Assembly: GCA_963827295.1 (NCBI GenBank)
Contig: CAWHAI010000016.1
Coordinates: 1 to 53,950 of the forward strand
Length of the DNA stretch: 53,950 nt
Reading direction: 5' to 3'
Source of the DNA: an uncultured Chloroflexia bacterium
GTDB taxonomy: Bacteria; Chloroflexota; Dehalococcoidia; SZUA-161
Under the pieces are notes generated by a model. It was not told the origin of the DNA, did not search any database, and saw only the letters and a list, made by a program, of their open reading frames with translations. Every line of letters starts with the position of its first letter. Position 1 is the first letter of the stretch. The translations under genes were made by a program, and so were the position numbers. Positions 30,699-41,358 of this stretch are shown here, one piece after another.

Positions 30699-31367
30699 AT
30701 GGAGATTGTATGGCTGGGGCATTCCTGCTTCAGAATAAGAGGAAAGGAAGCAACCATCGTTACCGACCCATTCGACAAGACCCTGGGCTATCCGATGAGA
30801 AAACCCACGGCGAACATCATCACGGTGAGCCATAGCCACCCCCAGCACAGCTTTGTGGGGGGCGTAGCCGGCAATCCCAGGGTGGTCAGCCGCCCGGGGG
30901 AGTATGATATCGCCAATGCCTTCATCAACGGCATCGCCACCTTTCACGATAAGGATAAGGGGGCCCAGCGGGGCAAGAACACCGTTTTCTTCATGGAGAT
31001 CGACGAGGTGAAGGTCTGCCATCTGGGTGATTTAGGGCACGTGCCGACCACCGAGCAAGTCGAGCAGATGAGCGGGACCGACATCTTAATGGTGCCGGTG
31101 GGCGGAGGCTCGACCCTGGATGCTGCGGCTGCAGCAGAAACTATAGGCCTTCTTGAACCCAGGCTGGTCATCCCCATGCACTACAAGACCGAAGTGGTTA
31201 AGATAGAGCTTGACCCTTTAGACCGTTTCCTCAAACAAATGGGGGTAAAAGAGGTGGAAACGCAGCCAAAGCTCAACGTTACTAAGTCGAACCTGCCCCC
31301 GGAGACCAGGGTCCTGGTGCTCGACTACCGCAGAGATAATATCCAGGAACCGAGCAAAATAGGATAG
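30699..31367 (+). CDS. metallo-beta-lactamase fold hydrolase (Lactamase_B_3-like)
   Basis: Motifs 'WLGHSCF', 'SHSHPQH', 'HLGDLG' and 'IPMHY'. Confidence 0.9.
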   Translation: MEIVWLGHSCFRIRGKEATIVTDPFDKTLGYPMRKPTANIITVSHSHPQHSFVGGVAGNPRVVSRPGEYDIANAFINGIATFHDKDKGAQRGKNTVFFMEIDEVKVCHLGDLGHVPTTEQVEQMSGTDILMVPVGGGSTLDAAAAAETIGLLEPRLVIPMHYKTEVVKIELDPLDRFLKQMGVKEVETQPKLNVTKSNLPPETRVLVLDYRRDNIQEPSKIG

Positions 31368-31388
31368 CCCCACAAGACCGCCTTCTTC

Positions 31389-31466
31389 CCGCAGAGCACA
31401 TAGAGTGTGCAGAGGTTTTGATTTGTGGTTCTCAAATCTCTGCGACCCAGCGCACTCCGTGGTGAA
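31389..31466. repeat. degenerate CCGCAGAG...CTCYGYGGTGAA element
   Basis: Same architecture as 30601-30678. Confidence 0.55.
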
Positions 31467-31478
31467 TCAGGGAAAAAC

Positions 31479-31512
31479 AGAAGTCGCCCTTCCTAAGAAG
31501 GGCGACTTCTTT
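31479..31512. terminator. bidirectional terminator between convergent genes
   Basis: AGAAGTCGCCCTTC-CTAA-GAAGGGCGACTTCT with A/T flanks. Confidence 0.85.
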
Positions 31513-31533
31513 AGGTACTTCTTGCTAAAACGT

Positions 31534-32188
31534 TTAGGCTGCCTTAGGCGCCTGCGGCTTCCGCAACATAACCACCACTGCCACAATTAAGGCAATGGCA
31601 GCGATGACTATGGCGACAATGCCCATCACATTGGAGGCGTTCTTCCCAGCGGCACCAGTGGCACCAGCGGCACCAGCGGCACCAGCGGCACCAGCGGCAC
31701 CAGCGGGGATACCCAGCGTGAGCACGCCAGTCGTCTTATTATAGCTGACAGTGGCATTCCCACCTGGAGGAAGGGTTGTAACCTTAACCTCGGTTATCCC
31801 GCCACCTACTGGTGCCCCTCCACCTCCTTGCCCTATGGTGAGGTCCAACTTTACATTGCCGCCTTTCGCCCAGGTTCCTGTCTGTGGTTACGGCATTGCC
31901 TCCTATCGTGAAGGAAACCGTCTTACCCGTGTAATCCACGCCCTCAGGTTGGGTTATGATGAGGGCATAGGATGAAGCGCCATATCCAGCGGCCGGTGTG
32001 GTAGTAGTAGCAGTCACATTCCCATCTATCAGAGCTTGTATCACAGTCCCATCAGGTACATCAGCGCCATTTACTTGCACTGTGCCATAGAACCTACAGG
32101 GCAACTCCGGCGCCTGAGCTATAGCTATGGCTGGGAAGAGGACAAGCGCTACCACTGCCAGCAGGGCCAACAGTCTCATTTTGGTCAT
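31534..32188 (-). CDS. membrane-anchored surface protein with a short collagen-like (Gly-X-X) stalk (frameshift near 31885)
   Basis: Signal peptide; 'PCRFYGTVQVNG..VPDGT' domain; 'LGIPAG(AAG)n'; C-terminal TM helix followed by RK. Confidence 0.8.
31646..31706 (-). repeat. 9-bp tandem repeat encoding Gly-Ala-Ala (~6.5 units)
   Basis: (CCAGCGGCA)n on the + strand. Confidence 0.9.
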
Positions 32189-32213
32189 ACTTCTTCCCTC
32201 CTAATTTAGTGGC

Positions 32214-32247
32214 TCCTTGGAGGGTCACATATGTGACCCTCCAAGGA
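32214..32247. terminator. perfect 34-bp palindrome between the two surface-protein genes
   Basis: TCCTTGGAGGGTCACAT|ATGTGACCCTCCAAGGA. It has no U-tract, so it may be a stabilising hairpin rather than a terminator. Confidence 0.55.
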
Positions 32248-32265
32248 ATATCGCCATATCCTCTT

Positions 32266-34628
32266 TTATGATGCTGGCCAGCCTTTGTTGTTCCAGCCCT
32301 CGTCGAGCGGAATGCTGTTGCCCAGATAAGTCAGTGTGCAAGCAGCGCTGACCTTGACCCAGAAGCCGTCGTTCCTATTCAAGGAATCCAGGGTTCTTAC
32401 CGGGTCAGTCGGGTCATAGTAAGTCCAGTTGCCAGCCTGATAGCGCCACACAATCACCAGACAGCTGCTTATGCTGGCAAGCTGTACATCTATTGTAGCA
32501 GGCGCTGCCGTGATGGTGAAGAACGTTGTGGCATTCACGCCAAGGATCGTAGCCGTCACCGTCTGAGCCGTCTGTGCCAGGCCGGGGACGGTGAAGCTAG
32601 CCGTGAACTTGCCTATATTATCGGTAGTTACCGGAGTGGCCGGCAGGACATTGGCACCGCCGATGGTCAGCGCAGTTAAAGCGCTATACGGCTGGAAGCC
32701 AACGCCTGTTACCGTTACTTTTGTCCCTACAGCGCCACTTGTCGGAGCAATGGTTATCGCCTGCGGGCCAAGCAGGAACGCCTTGTTCGCCGCAACGTTG
32801 CCATTGATATCAACGGCACCAACGGTGTTGCCAGCTATTGAGGCGCTAAGAGGGACTACGAAGGCTCCGGTGAACGCGCCGGTTGCATCCGGAGTCGAAA
32901 CTATCTGGATTACGTCGTTGAATTTGATCTGGACCAGGCCCAGGTTCCCAGGCACCCAGCCAGCGCCGGTAACCGTCAGGGTGTCGCCCTTGTAGCCGGT
33001 TGTCGGCGAGATGGTTATGGTGGGCTGAGTGATGGTGAAGCTGCCGGTAGCTGTAATGCCACCGCTGTCAGTCGCCACCACTGTCTGCGGCCCGGTTCCT
33101 TTTAGCGGTACCTGCAGCGAGGTCGGGCTCATGTTGCCCAGGCTGTCGATAGTGATCGCTGCTGCAGTGTTCCAGGGGTCCCCAGCGAAGGTTAGCGCGT
33201 TTTGGGCGATAGTGCCAGGACTAACGGTCATGTTAGTGGCCTGGACAACTGCATAGACCCCTACCGGGCCTGAAGTCGGCGTGATAGTCAGCGTGCGCTG
33301 TCCCACAGCGAATACTGCGGCGGCAGTGGTGCCCGCGGTTGAGGTTACCGCCACCGGGTTATTGCCTATTGCCGCCGCGGCCGGTACCCTGAGGCTGGTG
33401 TTCCAGTTTCCGGAGGCATCAACCGTGAGCTGCGCGGGAGGGCCCCAAGCCACGGGACTACGCCCAAAGGTGATTAGCGCCAACAGGTATAGTAATCCCC
33501 AGCCTTGAAGTGAGCGCCGCTGATGGCCACCATGGTATTAGGTGCGCCACTGGCCGGATCCAGCGTAATGGTCGGCGTGTTAACTGTGAAGGTTGCGGTT
33601 GCGGTCTTAGTACCGTCTGTTACCAATACAGTCTTGGCACCGCCGCCTATATTAGCCGGTATAGCCAATGGGTAATTGAAGTCATCAAGGTGCCGAAGGC
33701 ATCTACGGTCGACAGCATAATGATGGCAGCCGGGTTCCAGCTCACGCCACCTATGAAGATCCCGTTGGTGGCGGAGATGTTGCCGGTCGAGGTGAAGTCA
33801 CGGCCCGAAATAAGCACCGAGGTGCCTACGTTGCCGCTGGTTGGGGTCACTGTGACCGTTGCGCTCAGGTAGAAGCTTGGGATTGTCACTGCAGCATCCC
33901 AGGTTACACTGCCACCCGCCCGGGTCTGGCCAGCGCCGTCTGTGCATATCACATGGCGCTCGTTACCGGCGTTGCGGTCAGACTGAATGTGCCATCGGCC
34001 AGGACGACGCCCGCCCCAGCCACGCCACCGCTAATGGTAACTGACTGATTGGGCGCCCAGCCTTTACCGGTCACTGTAACAGAGGTGCTTCGACTTCCAC
34101 TGGTCGGGCTGATGGTGTAGCTGGGGATGATTCCCATATATCCACTCCCAGCTGTATCCGTGCTGGTCACCACCGATACTCTATAAGCCAGCGACGCCGT
34201 CGTCTTGGCTATCGGCGGATTTTTAATTCCCGCCCCCTGGGAGATCGTGAGTGTTTTAGCGCCGGTACCCCACGAAGGCACAGAAGACGGGATGGTGATT
34301 ATTACCTGCTGCCCTGATACTGTAGGATCAGCGTCACCTGACGCCCAAGTAGCAATACCGTTCAGAGCAACGTAGGCTTTACTGATTGTCGCCGGAAGCG
34401 TTACCTCCGCGGGGAACGTGACGGTCACGGTGCCCCCTGCAGGGACTGCCGTAGCCGTCGTAAAGTTATGGTATAGCCTGCCGTTGAGCTCGCTGATGCG
34501 GGGTTTGCTGTAACCATCCCAAATGTCACAGCAGCCGCGCTTGCCGTTCCAACCGTTATAGCCACCAGGCTGAACGCGATTGCCAGCACCATCAGCAGGC
34601 CCACTAATTTTTGATACTTTATCCTCAT
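32266..34628 (-). CDS. large secreted Ig-like (IPT/TIG-type) repeat protein, S-layer candidate (~785 aa, four frameshifts)
   Basis: Signal peptide 'TASA'; about six repeats of 'IT[IL].PTSG..G..V.V.G.G[FW]'; Thr/Gly/Ala/Val-rich; C-terminal 'VW.Y....W..YDP...GFW.KV...L..GWN..GW' domain. Confidence 0.8.
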
Positions 34629-34705
34629 CTAGTCTCTCCTTTCTTGGGCAGATTCACTACTTGCCCCTGAAAACCAAAGGCAAATTCCCTTATTTCTCTC
34701 ATCAT
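34625..34705 (-). CDS. candidate leader peptide (26 aa) coupled to the S-layer-like gene
   Basis: Perfect AAGGAGGT at 34718-34725. Its stop codon overlaps the downstream start (ATGA). Confidence 0.4.
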   Translation of the reverse strand: MMREIREFAFGFQGQVVNLPKKGETR

Positions 34706-34903
34706 TCCATATAATCCACCTCCTTGTGTGCGTATTATTCATAAACTCTTTGTGCTATTTTATTTTGCTCAACTTGTATCAGGGGGTCCTCTTTCCCCCG
34801 TCCCCGGGGGGCTTCTAGAACACAGGGCTCCCCCGCATATCAGGCAGGAGATTTCCCACACCTTTTTTTCAATATACATAGCCATAGCTGAACAAGTTGC
34901 CTC

Positions 34904-34933
34904 ATTGTAAACACCTTTGTTCCCGCTTGTCAA
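34904..34933 (-). promoter_or_regulatory. promoter TTGACA-N18-TACAAT for the surface-protein operon
   Basis: Near-consensus hexamers. Confidence 0.7.
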
Positions 34934-35104
34934 GCCCCTATTCTTGTACATTTTCTTAAATTTTTATAAATCTTTTCTCCCCGCGAGAGATCCACCCCCC
35001 AGAGCCTTACTACTAGGCCCTTGTTACGCCTATGGACTAACGGACTGCCATTTATCTCAATTAGCTAAGGCCTTTGAGTCCTTTTTCTAGCTAATTTGAT
35101 ACGG

Positions 35105-35142
35105 ACTGTAAAGCTTTTACCACTTTTTGTCAAGCTTGTCAA
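35105..35142 (-). promoter_or_regulatory. upstream promoter(s): tandem TTGACA plus TACAGT at N17
   Basis: TTGACAagcTTGACA-N17-TACAGT. Confidence 0.6.
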
Positions 35143-35371
35143 GCCTTTTTACAGTAGAAATAACGGAAAGGAGATAAAAAGGTTATTCTTTGAGACAACA
35201 GATATTTCATTGCAGGAAAAAGCTCTCGCCCTTTTCTCCCCATATATTAGTTAGACGCTTCGGTGCCCTTAAAGGTTCCGCTCTTGGTAAAATCACTCGA
35301 TAATTATTTGGGCCCGGAGGCAGATTAATTGTGCAAGAAGACTCGATTGCCCATTTTGGCCCCTTGACCAA

Positions 35372-35400
35372 TTGCGCTGTTTTTCGGGATATGTTATAAT
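35372..35400 (+). promoter_or_regulatory. folD-fhs promoter TTGCGC-N17-TATAAT (extended -10)
   Basis: TGtTATAAT about 230 nt upstream of folD. Confidence 0.6.
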
Positions 35401-35629
35401 TTTTCTCTGCGTGGAGGGCAAATGCAGGTAGCTCCTATCACTCATAACCCCGAGCCCAATCTCACCATTACCTCAACACATAGGTTTTCCCCCAGAACAT
35501 TAGCATCGATAAAACCTTTCAAAACACGGCCTTCACATGCACGATTCTATAGCGGAGCTATGCTAAGCCCGGGCTCCACATAAGAGCACAAAGGTTGGAA
35601 ACTATTTCTATAAACAAAGGAGGCCTAGA

Positions 35630-36520
35630 ATGGCTGCGGAGATAATCTCAGGAGCAGCAGTAGCGGAGCAAATCCGCGCTGAGCTTAAAGTGAAGGTGCA
35701 AGAGCTCAAGAAAAAAGGAATAAATCCCGGCGTGGTCTTTGTCCGCGTGGGCGAGGACCCTGCCTCGGTATCCTACGTCACAGGCAAGGGCAAGGCCGCC
35801 GAGGAGCTGGGCATCCTCTCGGAGACAATTGTTCTCCCCGCGGACACCCCGGAGCAAAACCTGCTCGACCTCGTTCACAAGCTGAACAAGGACCCCAAGT
35901 TCAATGGCATCCTGGTTCAGCTCCCCCTGCCCAAGCACATTGATGCGGATAAGGTGCTGAACGCCATCGAGCCGGAGAAAGACGTCGATGGTTTCCACCC
36001 CGTCAATGTGGGCAAGCTTCTCATCGGGAGTCCTTACTTCATGCCCTGCACCCCGCACGGCGTCCAGGAGCTGCTGGTTCGCAGCGGCAACAGCCCCGAG
36101 GGCAAGCATGTGGTTATCTGCGGACGGAGCAACATCGTGGGCAAGCCTGTGCTGGCAATCCTGATACAGAAGCAGAAGGGCGCCAATGCCACAGTGACCA
36201 TGGTGCATACGGGAACGAAGGATATGCCCAAGTACACCAGGCAGGCCGATATCCTCATCGCAGCTATGGGCAAGCCCCAGGTGATAACAGCCGACATGGT
36301 CAAAGACGGAGTAGTGGTTATTGATGTCGGCGTAAACAGAGTCCCCGATGCTACCAAGAAGAGCGGCTTCAGGCTGGTGGGCGACACCGATTTCGATGCT
36401 ATTAAGGAAAAGGCAAAGGCTATCACCCCCGTCCCCGGCGGTGTCGGCCCGATGACCATCACCATGCTCATGGTAAATACGGTAAGGGCTGCAGAGCAGC
36501 AGTCCGCTAAAAAGCATTAA
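35630..36520 (+). CDS. folD: methylene-THF dehydrogenase/cyclohydrolase
   Basis: Motifs 'GILVQLPLP', 'KDVDGFHP', 'PCTP', 'GRSNIVGKP' and '[11 protein letters not shown]'. Confidence 0.98.
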   Translation: MAAEIISGAAVAEQIRAELKVKVQELKKKGINPGVVFVRVGEDPASVSYVTGKGKAAEELGILSETIVLPADTPEQNLLDLVHKLNKDPKFNGILVQLPLPKHIDADKVLNAIEPEKDVDGFHPVNVGKLLIGSPYFMPCTPHGVQELLVRSGNSPEGKHVVICGRSNIVGKPVLAILIQKQKGANATVTMVHTGTKDMPKYTRQADILIAAMGKPQVITADMVKDGVVVIDVGVNRVPDATKKSGFRLVGDTDFDAIKEKAKAITPVPGGVGPMTITMLMVNTVRAAEQQSAKKH

Positions 36521-36561
36521 GAGAGCAAATAAATTATAAGGTAGGAGGTTCTGATAACCAC

Positions 36562-38326
36562 ATGGCATACGATGCAGTAAAACTAAAGGACTGGCAGATT
36601 GCAGAAGACGCCGAAAAGAACATGCCCACTCCCGAGGCATGGATAAGCAAGCTGGGGCTGCAAAAGGACGAACTCATCCCCTTCGGGCGGACGCCCAAGC
36701 TCGATTTCCTCAAGATAATAAAACGCCTCGAGCAGAAGAAGGACGGCAAGTACATCGAGGTTACAGCCATCACCCCCACGCCGCTGGGTGAGGGCAAAAC
36801 GACATCACTGATGGGACTCGTGGAGGGTCTGGGCAAGAAAAAACAAAGTGTAATCGGTTGTATCCGCCAGCCCTCGGGCGGCCCCACTATGAACATCAAG
36901 GGCACCGCTGCCGGTGGCGGCAATGCGCTGCTCATCCCCATGACCGAGTTCTCCATGGGATTAACCGGCGACATCAACGACATCATGAACGCCCACAACC
37001 TGGCTATGGTGGCGTTAACCTCCAGGATGCAACACGAGCGCAACTATAATGACGAGCAGTTGCAGAGGCTCACCAAGATGCGACGCTTCGACATAGACCC
37101 CACCAGGGTGGAGATGGGCTGGATCATGGACTTCTGCGCCCAGAGCCTGCGCAACATCATCATCGGCCTCGGCGGCCGCATGGACGGTTTCCTGATGCAG
37201 TCCAAGTTCGGCATCGCCGTGAGCTCCGAGCTGATGGCCATGCTCGCCATCGTCAATGACCTGGCCGACCTGCGGCAGAGAATGGATAAAATCACCTTGG
37301 CATTCGATAAGGGGGGCAAGCCCGTTACCACAGGAGACCTTGAGGTCGGCGGCGCCATGACAGCCTTCATGCGCAACGCCATCAACCCCACCCTGTGCGC
37401 CACTGTGGAATATCAGCCGGTATTTGTGCATGCCGGCCCCTTCGCCAATATCGCTGTAGGGCAAAACTCCATCATCGAAGACCGCATCGCCCTGAAGATG
37501 GCTGACTACGTTGTCACCGAAAGCGGCTTCGCCGCAGACATCGGCTTCGAGAAGTTCTGGAACGTCAAGTGCCGCCTGAGCGGACTAAAACCGCATGTGT
37601 CGGTACTCACCACCACCATCCGCGCCCTCAAGATGCACGGCGGCGGGCCCAAGGTGGTAGCCGGCTTGCCGTTACCCGATGCATACACCAAGGAAGACCT
37701 GAAGTCACTGGAGAAGGGCCTGCCCAACATGATACATCATATTAATACCATCAAAACGGCGGGCATCAACCCGGTGGTGTGCATCAACTCCTTCCACACC
37801 GATACCAAGGCTGAGATCGCCATGGTGCGCAAGGCGGCTGAGGCAGCCGGTGCTCGCTGCGCTTTCTCCTCCCATTGGGCGGATGGCGGCGACGGCGCCC
37901 TGGAGTTTGCCGATGCGGTTATGGAAGCCTGCAAAGAGAAGAACGACTTCAAGTTCCTCTACCCCAACGAGATGAAGCTGCGGCAGCGTGTGGAGAAGAT
38001 CGCCAAGGTGGTCTACGGGGCCGATGGCGTGAACTGGAGTCCTGAGGCCACAGAAAAGGCGAAGGTGTTTGAGGCAGACGCCAAGTACGATGAGTACGCC
38101 ACCATGATGGTGAAGACCCACCTCAGCCTCACCCATGACCCGTCCATTAAGGGCACTCCCAAGGGGTGGATGCTCCCCATCCGCGACATACTTGTTGTTC
38201 TCCGGCGCCAAGTTCCTTTGCCCGATGGCCGGAACCATCAGCCTGATGCCTGGCACCTCCTCCGACCCGGCCTTCCGAAGGATAGACGTGGACGTCAAGA
38301 CTGGCAAGGTTTCGGGTTTGTTCTAA
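36562..38326 (+). CDS. fhs: formate--tetrahydrofolate ligase (frameshift near 38195)
   Basis: Motifs '[11 protein letters not shown]' and 'HAGPFANIA'. The true C-terminus '...GTISLMPG...IDVD..GKVSGLF' is in another frame. Confidence 0.96.
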
Positions 38327-38350
38327 AATCGGATTGACCTGCGATATCAA

Positions 38351-38380
38351 AGTAGGGGCACGGTGCACCGTGCCCCTACT
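38351..38380. repeat. GTAG-type REP palindrome
   Basis: AGTAGGGGCACGGTGCACCGTGCCCCTACT. Confidence 0.85.
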
Positions 38381-38433
38381 CATTTTCAGCCACAGAGCGC
38401 AAGTATCATGACTACTTTCAAGGCGCTACAGAT

Positions 38434-38463
38434 TTGACTCACAATCCTTACCTCTCTTATAAT
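38434..38463 (+). promoter_or_regulatory. promoter TTGACT-N18-TATAAT
   Basis: Lies upstream of the oxidoreductase gene. Confidence 0.65.
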
Positions 38464-38525
38464 AAACGTGTGATTTGGTTGGGGCGGGTGCTCCAACCTA
38501 ATTTAATGATTGGCAGGCGACAGAG

Positions 38526-41037
38526 ATGTCCAAGATAAAGCTAACTATTGATAATAAAGAGGTAGAGACCGAAAGGGGTAAAACAGTCCTCCAGGCAGCG
38601 CAGGGCGCAGGCATTTATATCCCGGCCCTCTGTGCTCACCCCGATTTGCCGCCAGCGCCAGGGTTAAAGGCTTCCGGCGTTATCTATCTCGGCGGCCAGC
38701 CCTTCAAAAGCTCGGAGCCACACGCAGAGTACCAGGGGTGTCGTCTCTGCCTCGTAGAGGTCGAGGGAATGAAAGACCTCGCCACCTCCTGCAACCTGCC
38801 CGCCGCTGAGGGCATGGTGGTGCACACCAACACGCCCAAAGTCCAGGAGCAAAGGCGGGAGAATCTGAAAACCATCCTGGACCAAGCATCCTCACACCTG
38901 CTTCACCTGCAAGCAGAGGGAAGGGTGCAGTCCCTTCGAGTCCTGCCCCAACAGCGTACCGATTAGAGAGCGCTGCTGCTCCAAGCTGGGCTACTGCGAG
39001 CTGCAGCCGGTTGCTGATTTCATCGGGGTTAAAGAGAATATCCCCCGCTATGTCTTCAGAGACTTGCCTATTAAGAAAGATGAGCCGCTGTTTACTCAGG
39101 ACTACAACCTGTGCATCGGCTGTACTCGGTGCGTCAGGGTATGCAAAGATTTCCGCGGCATAGGCGCCCTGGGCTTCATCGTTCGAAATGGCGAGGTAAT
39201 CGCGGGCCCTATTGCCCCCACCTTGAAGAGAGTCCGGGTGCAAGTTCTGTGGCGCCTGCGTCGAGGTCTGCCCCACCGGCGCTTTGCTGGACAAGGACAT
39301 CAAGAGAGCAGAGCGCGAAGCAGCCCTGGTTCCCTGCACTAATGCCTGCCCTGCAGGGATAGACGTGCCCAGATATGTGCGGCTCACCGCTGAAGGGAAG
39401 TTCGCTGAGGCACTGGCTGTAGTAAGAGAGAAGGTGCCCTTCCCCAGAGTGCTGGGGAGGGTCTGCTTCCATCCCTGCGAGGGGGTATGCCGTCGGGGCC
39501 AACTGAACCAGCCCATCGCTATATGCGCCCTCAAGCGCTTTATTGCCGAGCAGGATACCAGCCACTGGCAGACCAAGACCAGGAAGGCCAGCCCTACAGG
39601 CAAGAAGGTGGCAGTCGTGGGCTCGGGGCCTGCAGGGCTGACCGCAGCATATTATCTGGCAAAGCTGGGACATGCCGTAACCGTATTCGAGGCGCTGCCC
39701 GAGGCCGGGGGCATGATGCGTGTGGGTATACCCAGGTATCGCCTGCCCAAAGAGGTTCTGGATAACGAGATCGAGGGTATAAAGAGCGTGGGCGTCGAGA
39801 TAAAGACCAACACCAAGGTCGAGTCGCTGGACAGCCTTCGAGGACAGGGGTATAAGGCTGTTTTCCTGGCTATCGGGGCTCACCGGGGGGTTAAAATAGG
39901 CGTCCCAGGAGAAGATAGCCCCGGTGTTATGGAATGCATTTCTTTCCTTAGAGATGTAAGCCAGGGCAAGAAGGTGAAGCTGGGCGATAAAGTGGCTGTA
40001 GTGGGCGGCGGAAACGCAGCCATAGACGCTGCGCGCACCGCGCGGCGCCTTGGCGCCAAAGAGGTTACCATAGTCTATCGTCGTTCCAGGCAGGAGATGC
40101 CCGCCAACCCCGAGGAGATAGAGGCAGCGCTCGAAGAAGGTATCAAGATTCTGTTCCTGGCCGCGCCGAATAAGATAACAAAGGATGGAAACACTCTGAT
40201 AATGGAATGCCTACGCATGGAGCTGGGGGAGCCCGACTCCAGCGGCAGGAAGCGCCCGGTGCCCATCAAGGGCAGCGAATTCAATATAGCCTGTGATACC
40301 GTGATTGCCGCCATCGGGCAAACGCCTGCTATCCCGGCTGGCTTTGGGCTTGAGCCCCTGGCTGCGGGTACGATCAAAGTCAACTCCGAAACACTGGCCA
40401 CCAGCATAGATGGCGTTTTCGCCGGCGGCGATGCCGCCACCGGCCCGGCTTCAGTAATCAAAGCCATCGCTGCCGGGAGGAAAGCGGCGGCATCGATAGA
40501 CAAGTATCTGGGAGGTAATGGCGATATCAATGAAGTGCTCGCCGAGCCTGAAAGGCAAATCCGTCATTCGGCAAGGAGGAGGGTTTCGCCGATAAGGCCC
40601 GCGTCCGGATGCCACACCTAGCCGTAGAACAACGCGTGAGCAACTTCTCCGAGGTAGAGCTCGGTTACGCCAAGCCCAAGGCCTTTGAGGAGGCAGCGCG
40701 ATGCCTGAAATGCGATCTAAGACTCCAGCTTTCTTCTGTGACGCCTCCGCCCAGCGAGTGGCTGGAGTTCAACGCTGCTAATGTAGACATGGCCCCGGAG
40801 AAAGACGGGGTGTACAGGTTGTTTAGTGAAGAGAAAGAGGTCATATATATAGGAAGCAATGCCAATATACGTCAGGGCCTGCAGGAGGTGCTCAAGTCAG
40901 GAGACGACTGGGTACAAAAAGCGAAGTACTTGCATTATGAGGAAACTATGATGTATACTATGCGGGAAAGCGAGCTGATACAACAGTTCCTGCAGGAACA
41001 CGGCAGGCTTCCAGAGGGGAACGAGGAGCTATTTTAA
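38526..41037 (+). CDS. multi-Fe-S, GltD/NfnB-like FAD/NAD(P)H oxidoreductase with a C-terminal GIY-YIG-like domain (three frameshifts)
   Basis: 2Fe-2S 'IPALC...CRLCLVE...SC'; ferredoxin-type 'CIGCTRCVRVC' and 'CKFCGACVEVCP'; GltD-like 'C..ACP...GRVC..PCE..C', 'GSGPAG' and 'GGGNAA.D.AR'; 'EAARCLKCD'; 'GVY-x10-YIG'. Confidence 0.85.
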
Positions 41038-41078
41038 GGTATACTACAGTACTAAAGTACTAAAAAGTTAATATTGCT

Positions 41079-41197
41079 TCCTGGTGGTTAGAGCGGGGTG
41101 GACCCACCCGTTCCCATCCCGAACACGGTAGTGAAACGCCCCAGCGCAGACGATACTGAGGGGGCAACTCCTTGCGGAAAATATGCCACTGCTGGGA
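41079..41197 (+). rRNA. rrf: 5S ribosomal RNA
   Basis: 'CCTGGTGG..AGC...CACCCGTTCCCATCCCGAACACGG.AGTGAAAC...CAGCGC', ~119 nt, with a terminal stem extended by TGCTTC/GAAGCA. Confidence 0.96.
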
Positions 41198-41203
41198 AGC
41201 ATT

Positions 41204-41249
41204 AAAGAGCCCAAATTTAGAGGTATAGTAAATTTGGGCTCTTTTCTTT
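41204..41249 (+). terminator. intrinsic terminator after the 5S rRNA
   Basis: AAAGAGCCCAAATTTA...TAAATTTGGGCTCTTT-TCTTT. Confidence 0.85.
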
Positions 41250-41358
41250 AGTGCACACTTGTGTTAAAATGAGGTCACGAAGGCCAGTACTATAGACTGG
41301 TCCACTGGTTGGTACTAAAGATAAACTCGGGCTGCTGACGTTTTGTCGGAGATGAGAA

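Noticed and set aside
35400-35629. THF or ZTP riboswitch upstream of folD-fhs
   Set aside because: The leader is long, but I recognise no consensus motif of either aptamer.
35648-36640. 330-aa - strand ORF (likewise 30360..31022 and 38704..39603)
   Set aside because: These are antisense to well-supported genes and have no recognisable motifs.
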